Assembly: GCA_022703355.1 (NCBI GenBank)
Contig: JAKLDU010000001.1
Location: forward strand, 4,173-68,172
DNA: 64,000 nt
Source: Deltaproteobacteria bacterium
Lineage (GTDB): Bacteria > Desulfobacterota > Desulfomonilia > UBA1062
Reading direction: 5' to 3'
Position 1 is the first letter of the stretch; the number at the start of each line of letters is the position of its first letter. Below the pieces are notes generated by a model. It did not search any database and had not been told where the DNA came from. It was given only the letters and a program-made list of their open reading frames with translations. A program made the position numbers and the translations under genes. Below, one piece after another: positions 57,103 through 64,000 of this stretch.

Positions 57103-58221
57103 CTACTGGACGGCATGGACCTTCACCCCGCCCACGAGGTTGTTCTGCCCCACCACGATGAGGTTCTCCCCGCCCTTGAGGCCCTCGAGGACCTCCACCA
57201 GCTCGCCGTACTTGGCCCCGAGCTTCACGGAGCGCTCCCGGGCGGCGCTTCCCTCCCGGAGGAAGACCCTGACCCGGGTGCCCTCGTAGAGGATGGAGGT
57301 TGCGGGGACGACCACGGCCTCCCTGCTTTCACCGGTGAAGATCTTCACCCGGGCGAAGAAGCCCGGTTTGAGCTCGAAGGCGCCGTTGGGCACGAGCGCC
57401 TCGGCCCGAAGCGAGCGGGTGCGCTCGTCCAGACTCGGGTAGACGAGGCTCACGCGGCCGGAGAACTCCCGGCCCGGGTAGGGGTCGACGGAGAAGGTGA
57501 CGTCCTGCCCTGCCCGGAGCTGGGACACGTCCTTTTCCGCAATGGTGAAGGAAAGCTTCAGGGGGTCGACCCGCACGATGGTCATGAGGGGCATCCCCGC
57601 CCTGACAAAGTCGCCCGCGGACACCCGCTTCTCCTTCACCATGCCCTGCAGGGGGGAGAGGACGGAGGTCTTGCCCAGCTTCTCCCGTGCCAGGGAGAGC
57701 ACCACCCGCGCCCGGTCGAGGTCGCGCTCCGCCACGGTTTTGCGCAGCGTGACGTCGTCGAACTGCTGCCTGGTCAGGAGCTCTTCCCTGAACAGGGCCT
57801 CTTTCCTGCCGAACTCGGCCCGGATATTGGCCAGGGCCGCCTCCGCCTGCTTGAGGGCGGCCTCGGCGTTGTCCGCACCCAGGCGGTAGTCGGTGCTGTC
57901 CACCCTGGCCAGGGCCATGCCCCTGCTCACCGGGGTGCCCTCGTCCACGGGCACCTCCCTGAGCACGCCGTCCACCTCGGAGGAAACGGAGACCTCCTCG
58001 CTGGCGGTGAGGCTCCCGATGGTCTCGATAAACGGCCGGACGGGCTTCTTTCCCACGGTCCAGACCTTGACGTTGACCGTTTTCTCCAGTGCCCCCTCTT
58101 CTTCATTCTTCCCGCAGCCGCTCACCAGCAGCAGCGAGACGGCCATCAGCACCAGGGCCGTTTTTGCCCGGGCCCCGGAGCGGCCGGTGCTTCCCGTGCG
58201 GGTCGACGTGTGTCCAGCCAT
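57103..58221 (-). CDS. Efflux RND periplasmic adaptor subunit (AcrA-like MFP), lipoprotein
   Basis: 372 aa. Lipobox LLLVSGC. Coiled-coil hairpin, lipoyl and beta-barrel domains. Confidence 0.9.
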   Translation of the reverse strand: MAGHTSTRTGSTGRSGARAKTALVLMAVSLLLVSGCGKNEEEGALEKTVNVKVWTVGKKPVRPFIETIGSLTASEEVSVSSEVDGVLREVPVDEGTPVSRGMALARVDSTDYRLGADNAEAALKQAEAALANIRAEFGRKEALFREELLTRQQFDDVTLRKTVAERDLDRARVVLSLAREKLGKTSVLSPLQGMVKEKRVSAGDFVRAGMPLMTIVRVDPLKLSFTIAEKDVSQLRAGQDVTFSVDPYPGREFSGRVSLVYPSLDERTRSLRAEALVPNGAFELKPGFFARVKIFTGESREAVVVPATSILYEGTRVRVFLREGSAARERSVKLGAKYGELVEVLEGLKGGENLIVVGQNNLVGGVKVHAVQ

Positions 58222-58245
58222 GGATGGGATCCCCTTTCTGCGCTC

Positions 58246-59553
58246 TTATGTCTTCGAGGGTGCGTCGACACCCTTCATGAACGTTCCCGTTGCCTGCTCC
58301 AGCGACAGGATGGAGAGCTGGTAGGAGTACAGGGCCTCCGCCAGCTGCCGCTCGGAGGAAACCAGGAGGTCGTTGGCGTCGATGACGTCGATGGAGCTCG
58401 CCAGTCCCAGCTCGAACTGCCGGGAGACCCCCCGGTAGTTGTCCCGGGCGAAGGCCGCCTGGTCCTCGAGGAACTTCAGCTGCCCCCTGCGGGTGTTAAG
58501 GTCGAGGTACGCGCTCTCCACCTCCATGCCCACGCTCTTCCTGGCGTCCTCATACTGGAGCTTCGCCTGCCGCTCCCGGGTCTTCGCCTCCTGCACCTCG
58601 GCCACCCGCAGGCCCCCCTCGAAGAAGGGGAAATTGAGCGAGAGGGCGCCGTAGACGCTCTTGTCGTTGAAGGTCATGGTTTCGGGGGCCTGGTCGCTGT
58701 TCTGGTACACCCCGGCCATGGAGAGGTTGGGCCAGTAGGCGCCCCGTGCGTACGTCACCTCCTGGCCGGCGATCCTCACCTGCTCCTCGAGGCTCCTGAG
58801 CTCGGGGCGACTGGCATAGGCCGTGCTCTTGAGCTCGGTCAGGGGGGCTTCCCCCGCGGCCCGGAAGGGCTCTTCCCGGAGGGTGTACTCCCCCTCGATG
58901 CCAGCCACCCGCGCCAGGGAAGACCGGGCGAGGGCGAGGGCGTTCTGCGCCCTCACCAGGTCGGACCTGGCGCCCGAGAGCTCGCTTTCCGCCCTCAGGA
59001 GGACGGTCTTCGTGATCTCCCCCACCTTCAGGCGGGAGGAAGCGGCCTCCCGGTATTTCGAGACCCGCTCGAGATTCGACTTCGCGATGTCGAGCCCTTT
59101 CGTCGCCATGAGCACGCCGTAGTAGGAGCGGGCCACCTGGAGCAGGTAGGTTTCCCTGACGGCGTCGAGGTCGTGGCCGGCCCGCGTGATGTCGTTGCGC
59201 GCCTCGCTGAGCGCGGTGAACTCGCGCAGCGACAGGGACAGGGTCTGGTCCGCCCTGACCCCCCAGGCGTCCGTTCTTTTCGGCTGGATGAGGATGTCGA
59301 GGTCGTTGTACCGGTCGTCCGTGTACTGCTGGCGGGTGCCGAAGGCCGTGAGTCTGGGCAGGAGCATGGCCACGGCCCGGTTCTTCTCCAGCCTGGCGAA
59401 GGTGACGTTCTCCCGGGCGATCCCCACCTTTTCCGAACGCTCCAGGGCGATCCGGTACAGGTCGGGCAGGGCGTACTCGACGGCGAGAGCGGCGCGGGGG
59501 CACGCCCACAGGAAAAGGAGAAGCAGGTATGCGGCCGTTCTCGAGGTCTTCAT
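58246..59553 (-). CDS. TolC-family outer-membrane efflux protein
   Basis: 435 aa from ATG at 59553 (MKTSRTAAYLLLLFLWACPRAALA signal), the C-terminal part of ORF 58246..60372. Two TolC repeats. ATGA overlap with the tetR stop. Confidence 0.9.
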   Translation of the reverse strand: MKTSRTAAYLLLLFLWACPRAALAVEYALPDLYRIALERSEKVGIARENVTFARLEKNRAVAMLLPRLTAFGTRQQYTDDRYNDLDILIQPKRTDAWGVRADQTLSLSLREFTALSEARNDITRAGHDLDAVRETYLLQVARSYYGVLMATKGLDIAKSNLERVSKYREAASSRLKVGEITKTVLLRAESELSGARSDLVRAQNALALARSSLARVAGIEGEYTLREEPFRAAGEAPLTELKSTAYASRPELRSLEEQVRIAGQEVTYARGAYWPNLSMAGVYQNSDQAPETMTFNDKSVYGALSLNFPFFEGGLRVAEVQEAKTRERQAKLQYEDARKSVGMEVESAYLDLNTRRGQLKFLEDQAAFARDNYRGVSRQFELGLASSIDVIDANDLLVSSERQLAEALYSYQLSILSLEQATGTFMKGVDAPSKT

Positions 59554-60221
59554 GACGCTCGCCTCCCGTGCGGTGTTTTCGCCTCCGGGGCACGCCCGCT
59601 TTCCGGCGTCTGCCCGAAGGCTGCCGGAGGGGCCCCGGAGTCGTTCCGCAGCCCGGTGAAGAATATCCTGTTCATCTGCTTCATGGCCTCCATCATGCGG
59701 TCGGGCCGGTCGTAGAACGCGAAGGTGCGGTCGCAGCCGAACATCGAGGAGATGAGCACGAGCGAAATGAGCTCCAGGTTGTCCAGCGGCCGCATCTCGC
59801 CCCGGGAGACGCCGTCCTCGAGGATGCCCCTGACGAGGTCCAGGTGGGCCCGGAGGTAAAGCTCCTTCTCCGTCTCGAAGACCCCCTCGAGGGACCGGAA
59901 CTCCTGGATGACCTCCCGTGGGGCGTGGCGGGTCTTTTCCGCGAGGAAGCGGGAGCGGGCCTCGATGAGGGCGAACATCCGGTCTTCGGCGCTCTTCTTC
60001 GAGGCCGCGGCCTGCTTCATGAGGTCGATGAGCTGCTCCGTGTAGCCCTGGATTATGGCCCTGACGATCTCGTTCTTGTCCCGGAAGTAGTAGTAGAGCG
60101 AGGTCTTGGACATGCCCGCGCGCCGGGCGATGTCGTCGAGGGTGGTCTTGTGTGGCCCGTATTCCATGAGCGCTTCGGAAGCCGCCTGGAGCAGGACCTT
60201 TCTTTTTTCTTCCCTCGACAC
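59550..60221 (-). CDS. TetR/AcrR-family transcriptional repressor of the efflux operon
   Basis: 223 aa with GTG start. N-terminal HTH (KTTLDDIARRAGMSKTSLYYYFRDK). First gene of the tetR-tolC-MFP-RND operon. Confidence 0.88.
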   Translation of the reverse strand: MSREEKRKVLLQAASEALMEYGPHKTTLDDIARRAGMSKTSLYYYFRDKNEIVRAIIQGYTEQLIDLMKQAAASKKSAEDRMFALIEARSRFLAEKTRHAPREVIQEFRSLEGVFETEKELYLRAHLDLVRGILEDGVSRGEMRPLDNLELISLVLISSMFGCDRTFAFYDRPDRMMEAMKQMNRIFFTGLRNDSGAPPAAFGQTPESGRAPEAKTPHGRRAS

Positions 60222-60232
60222 GGAAACCCCGT

Positions 60233-60246
60233 TTCAAACATTTGAA
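60233..60246. promoter_or_regulatory. Candidate TetR operator: inverted repeat TTCAAA-CA-TTTGAA immediately upstream of tetR
   Basis: 14-bp dyad located 12-25 nt upstream of the tetR GTG start. Confidence 0.35.
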
Positions 60247-60508
60247 CATATGATTCGAATAGTCTATGCCATGTTTCGGGGCCGGGGTCAAGGGAAAGAG
60301 GTGGTCGTGACCGGGGAGCGGGGCTCTGCCGCCGCAGGGGCGCCCGGCATGCCGGGGCGTGCGCCAGGACACGGGACCGAAGGGCAGGCCCCTTGCCCGG
60401 TCGATTGACCTGCTCAGGCAGCAGGGGCATGCCGCTTCGGCCAGGCTGTCTCCCCGGCGTGCCCCCTGCCCGATCGACCGCTCTGGCGCCGGGCAGCAGG
60501 GGCACGCG

Positions 60509-61315
60509 TCAGGTCACGGTTTCCAGGAGCGAGCGCACCAGGTTGCCGGTGGAGAACTGCCCGTTCGTCAGCTCCGCGAAGGGGTGCTCGCCGCCGAACA
60601 TCGCCTGGACGATGTCCTCGAGGCTCGCGCCGGAGCGCTCCATCCCCCTGGCCTTTTCCGCCAGGCCCGTGAGGTGGGAGGTGCACTCCGTGAGCGCCTT
60701 TCTCCCGTCCTCCACGATCTTGCCCACGGCGGTGAAGAGCACGAGACGGCTGCCGCACGCGTCCATGACCCTGCGCATGGAGCGGATGATCCCGCCGAGG
60801 TTCTCTTCGGGCCGTATGAACTTGGGGTTCTCCCGGGCGAAGAGGTCCCCCGCGAAGCACCAGCCCTGCGAGAGCTCCACGGGGCAGACGTGTCCCGCGC
60901 AGTGGCCGGGGGTGTCGACGATATCGAAGGTGAAGCGCCCCGTCTTCAGAGAAGGGGGGAGGGGTTTCGCCCGCGTGGGCCTTGGGTATCCCCAGGCGAT
61001 CTCCTGATAGGGGTGGAGCGTGCTCTCCCTGAGCATCAGGGGGATGGAGTCGGGGTGGGCGTACACGTCCACAGGGAACCTGGCCATGATGTCGTGGTTC
61101 CCGCCCACGTGGTCTTCGTGGTAGTGGGTGTTCACCACCTGCCGGAGTTCCCTGCCCTCGAGAAACCGGGTCAGCTCCCGGGCCGTGTGGCTGCAGCCGG
61201 TGTCGACGAGCAGCCCGTCGACCAGGTAGGCGGCCACCCAGTAGACGGGGCTCCCGTCGAGCTCCCTGCTCATGCGTATCTGCGTCACCCCTTCGAACTC
61301 GATTGTCTCGATCAC
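60509..61315 (-). CDS. MBL-fold metallo-hydrolase
   Basis: 268 aa. THYHEDHVGG (HxHxDH). Downstream His/Asp ligands (DTPGHCAGH). Confidence 0.88.
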   Translation of the reverse strand: MIETIEFEGVTQIRMSRELDGSPVYWVAAYLVDGLLVDTGCSHTARELTRFLEGRELRQVVNTHYHEDHVGGNHDIMARFPVDVYAHPDSIPLMLRESTLHPYQEIAWGYPRPTRAKPLPPSLKTGRFTFDIVDTPGHCAGHVCPVELSQGWCFAGDLFARENPKFIRPEENLGGIIRSMRRVMDACGSRLVLFTAVGKIVEDGRKALTECTSHLTGLAEKARGMERSGASLEDIVQAMFGGEHPFAELTNGQFSTGNLVRSLLETVT

Positions 61316-61393
61316 CCCGTCACCCCTGAACCGGCCCCCGCGCGGGCGGTGGCCGTGCCTCCACTGATGTTCATCGGAAAACCGGGCGGGAAC

Positions 61394-61966
61394 TCATTTC
61401 AGCAAAGCAGCCCCTGCGGAATATGCCTTCTCCATGACTGACGGGCTGCCCTGCGCCGAGTCCGGACCGAGCATGCCTCCCGCCACGATCCGGTCCTGGA
61501 TCTTGAAACCCAGGAAACCGAGCACGCCCTCGTTCAGGTCGAACGATGAAGCGAACAGGCCGGTGTCGGGTTGTGCCTGAGCGTAGACTGTCACCGCCCT
61601 CTTCCCTTTTATCTTGTTCCTGAACGCTCCCGGCTGACCATCCTCGAGATATAAAAGAGCGAACAGGCGGTCGATGAAGATCTTCATCTGACCCGTCACC
61701 TGAAACATGAAGACTGGCGTGCCGATCACAACGGCATCAGCGCTGAAGATCTCATCATAGAGCCCCGCCATGCCATCCGCCTGGACACACTTCCCTTCCG
61801 GTGTCTGGCATTTGTAGCAGGCCTGACATCCCCTGATGCTCAACTCGTTGATGTTGAAGACTTTCGTTTGGGCGCCGGATTCGGATGCGCCGCGGAGAAC
61901 CTCGTTGACGAGTGCGGTTGTATTGCCTTTCTTTCTGGGGCTTCCCACGAAACCTACAACTTTCAT
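61394..61966 (-). CDS. Iron-sulfur flavoprotein / NADPH-dependent FMN reductase-like (Isf family)
   Basis: Start at M25 of ORF 61394..62038, RBS GAAGGAGAAAACAATG. MKVVGFVGSPRKKGNT flavodoxin-like. Cys cluster CQACYKCQTPEGKC. Confidence 0.82.
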   Translation of the reverse strand: MKVVGFVGSPRKKGNTTALVNEVLRGASESGAQTKVFNINELSIRGCQACYKCQTPEGKCVQADGMAGLYDEIFSADAVVIGTPVFMFQVTGQMKIFIDRLFALLYLEDGQPGAFRNKIKGKRAVTVYAQAQPDTGLFASSFDLNEGVLGFLGFKIQDRIVAGGMLGPDSAQGSPSVMEKAYSAGAALLK

Positions 61967-62034
61967 TGTTTTCTCCTTCAGGGATGTGAGATCTTTGGTT
62001 TCATCCGCAGGCGCTCTCGCCGCCAGGGCCCTGT

Positions 62035-62850
62035 TCATTCATGGTTTGCCCTTTCCGCGGCCGCACCTTTCTTCTTCTTGCCCACCGGGCAGGAGACGTA
62101 GCATTTGTAGCAATGATATTCGAAACCGATAAAGCCGGCCTGATACATGTTCATGAATTCGGGACTCAGCATCAGATTCTTCCGTTCCTCGGGACTGCCG
62201 TCGATGAATTTCATCCAGAACCTGATATTCCGTCCCATCCCATAGGGCTGTGAAAATTTCATGCACTTGAATTCGTCCGTCTTTCCCTCTTCCTCAAGCG
62301 CCTTCCCCGGGCAGTTCTTCACACAGATGTTGCAATGGGTGCAGAGGTCCTCGGTTATGGGAGGGTCCGGCGTCAGCTCGAGGTCGGTCAGTATTGTGCA
62401 GAAGATCACCTGGGGGCCCAGCCTCGGGTGGATCACGAGGTTGTTCCGTCCGAAATTTCCCAGCCCTGCTGCGACCGCGGCGTGGCGCTGGGAGAATTCA
62501 GCGATGAGGCCGAATCTTTTTTCCGGTTTCATGTCCAGAGGGTATGACAATGGGGTGGACATGGCCTTCGCGTCGAATTCCTTTTCAATGAACCTCGCAA
62601 CCTTGTAGGTGCATGATCTCGCAAATTCCATGGAATCGATCCTGCCGCCCATCGCGATCCTGGGGTTTTCGCTCTCGCAGTTGGACAACTCTTTATAAGC
62701 CAGAACGACCATGCTCTTTGCCGCGGGAAAGAGAGTCTCCACGCGGGGAGACAAGGGGCTCCTGTAGTCTGAAACGGCGCCGAAGCCCACATCCTCCACC
62801 CCCAGGCCGGTTGTGTATTTCCTGATCCTGTCTTTTGCCCCCTCATTCAT
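62035..62850 (-). CDS. 4Fe-4S ferredoxin-domain protein (epoxyqueuosine-reductase QueG-like C-terminal architecture, shorter)
   Basis: 271 aa. CTHCNICVKNCPG plus a second Cys group (CYKCYVSCP). ATGA overlap with the Isf stop. Confidence 0.5.
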   Translation of the reverse strand: MNEGAKDRIRKYTTGLGVEDVGFGAVSDYRSPLSPRVETLFPAAKSMVVLAYKELSNCESENPRIAMGGRIDSMEFARSCTYKVARFIEKEFDAKAMSTPLSYPLDMKPEKRFGLIAEFSQRHAAVAAGLGNFGRNNLVIHPRLGPQVIFCTILTDLELTPDPPITEDLCTHCNICVKNCPGKALEEEGKTDEFKCMKFSQPYGMGRNIRFWMKFIDGSPEERKNLMLSPEFMNMYQAGFIGFEYHCYKCYVSCPVGKKKKGAAAERANHE

Positions 62851-63050
62851 GGCCGCCCTCCATTTCTTAGTGCTCCCGCCGGGAACGCGTCGAGACGTTC
62901 CCGAAGCCTTTTATATGTTCCGGTGGGTTCCCTGGCAAATTAATAGACCGGTCGTCTAGTCCCTGTCAAATAAAATATCCTCGCCGGTCATCACAGAATG
63001 CTCCGGCCGAGGCATCCTCGCAGGCCTTCCGCGCAGGGCGGGGGTGCCGT

Positions 63051-63497
63051 CTACAGCGAAGCCAGGATTTCCCCGATGTCCGGCACTTCCGGGAGGGGAT
63101 AGACCTTGACGAAGGAGACGAGGCCCTTCTCGTCGATGATGATGTTGGCCCGCTCGGAGGTGCCCTCGCTGCCGCGGAAGATGCCCAGGGCGACGGCCAG
63201 GCCGCCGTGGGGCCAGAAGTCGCACAGGAGCCGCGTGCGTTCCACCGCGATGTCCTTTGCCCAGGCGCTCTTGCAGGGGATGCTGTCCACGCTTACACCC
63301 ACGGCCACGGTGTTCTTTTCCTCGAACGCCCGGAGGTTGTCCTCGAGCGACTTCATCTGCAGGGAGCAGACGCCCGTCCAGGCAAGCGGGTGGAACGAGA
63401 GGAGGACCTTTCTCCCGAGGTTCTCCGAGAGAATAAACGCCTTGCCGTACTGGTCCTTGAGCCTGAAATCAGCAACCTTGACGCCGACTTTGATCAT
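63051..63497 (-). CDS. Peroxiredoxin (AhpC/TSA family, Bcp/PrxQ-like)
   Basis: 148 aa. ...LSFHPLAWTGVCSLQ... (peroxidatic Cys in PxxxTxxC context). Confidence 0.88.
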   Translation of the reverse strand: MIKVGVKVADFRLKDQYGKAFILSENLGRKVLLSFHPLAWTGVCSLQMKSLEDNLRAFEEKNTVAVGVSVDSIPCKSAWAKDIAVERTRLLCDFWPHGGLAVALGIFRGSEGTSERANIIIDEKGLVSFVKVYPLPEVPDIGEILASL

Positions 63498-63551
63498 GGG
63501 TCAACCTCCTTGGATGGCTACCCTCATGTCATAGCCCGGGGTCCGGGGAAT

Positions 63552-64000
63552 TCAAGGGAGTTCGCAGAAGTGCTTGTTCGCGTAGAACTCCACGAGCTTC
63601 TCCACCTCGTCCTGGCACTGGCCGCAGCCCGTGCCGGCCTTCGTCCTCTCCTGGACTTCGTAGAAAGTGCGCGCGCCGTCGAGGACCGCGTGCTCGATGT
63701 CCTCGTCGGTGACGTTCATGCACTGGCACACCACCCGCGTCTCTTCCTTCCTGATACGGCCGGTCTGGCCGCTGCGGAGGTAGTAGTCGTTGATGGCCGC
63801 CCTGAGCGCCTTGTCGCCCAGCACGGAGCAGTGGATCTTGTGCTCGGGCAGGCCGCCCAGCTCCCTGTTGATCTCCTTGGGCGAGATGTTGTAGGCCTCG
63901 TCGAGCTTCATACCCTTGACCATCTCGGACATGATGGAGGTGCTCGCGATGGCGCTGGCGCACCCGTAGGTCTTCCACTTCACGTCCTTGACGGTGTCCT
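63552..64000 (-). CDS. NifU-like Fe-S cluster scaffold (IscU-type domain C-terminal part + BFD-like [2Fe-2S] domain); N-terminus lies beyond the right edge of the window
   Basis: ...WKTYGCASAIASTSIMSEMVKGMKLDEA... (IscU third Cys region), then VVCQCMNVTDEDIEHAV...GTGCGQCQ (BFD-like). The frame stays open to position 64000. Confidence 0.8.
   Translation of the reverse strand, partial: DTVKDVKWKTYGCASAIASTSIMSEMVKGMKLDEAYNISPKEINRELGGLPEHKIHCSVLGDKALRAAINDYYLRSGQTGRIRKEETRVVCQCMNVTDEDIEHAVLDGARTFYEVQERTKAGTGCGQCQDEVEKLVEFYANKHFCELP

Noticed and set aside
58246-60372. 708-aa ORF extending TolC upstream through tetR
   Set aside because: The real TolC starts at 59553 with a signal peptide. The upstream portion overlaps the tetR gene in another frame.

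Overview
This is a 64 kb, high-GC (~68%), gene-dense window from a Gram-negative bacterium; outer-membrane proteins, three-part RND efflux systems and lipoproteins support that, and a Fur/FeoAB, NifU, Isf and peroxiredoxin context suggests an anaerobe, possibly delta-proteobacterial or Desulfobacterota-like, though taxonomy cannot be established from sequence alone. I call about 55 protein-coding genes and no rRNA, tRNA or CRISPR.

The main finding is a ~10 kb lasso-peptide (RiPP) biosynthetic gene cluster on the minus strand, ~36.5-46.7 kb. It contains a 45-aa precursor ending in Ser, a PqqD-like RRE (B1), a transglutaminase-like leader peptidase (B2, on the opposite strand), an Asn-synthetase-like cyclase that lacks the Cys nucleophile, and an ABC exporter. 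It also carries an HPr-kinase-like protein and a PF14907-type nucleotidyltransferase, as in phosphorylated or glycosylated lasso peptides. Unusually, a bicupin, a GT1 glycosyltransferase and a radical-SAM enzyme are translationally coupled into the same operon, a tailoring combination I do not recognise from described lasso clusters.

Housekeeping and accessory content:
- Metal sensing and efflux: a CusRS-like two-component pair; a cusCBA-like heavy-metal RND operon with a Met-rich periplasmic partner, interrupted downstream by an intact IS1595-family insertion sequence; a TetR-regulated TolC/MFP/RND multidrug efflux operon.
- Sulfur trafficking: a cluster of metY, nadA, an Rrf2 regulator, cysK, a LarE-like gene, mnmA and a MOSC gene.
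- Iron: a fur-feoA-feoB operon.
- Cell envelope: mltB, mtgA, an OmpA protein with TSP3 repeats and an LtaS-like sulfatase.
- Other: a DEAD-box helicase with a long AT-rich leader that contains tandem repeats.

Several intergenic regions show ~30-70 bp tandem duplications, including a 60 bp duplication of the cusC start.

Coordinates of internal starts were derived from the ORF track by codon offsets. The track translates GTG/TTG starts as M. Expect +/-1-3 nt uncertainty in places.
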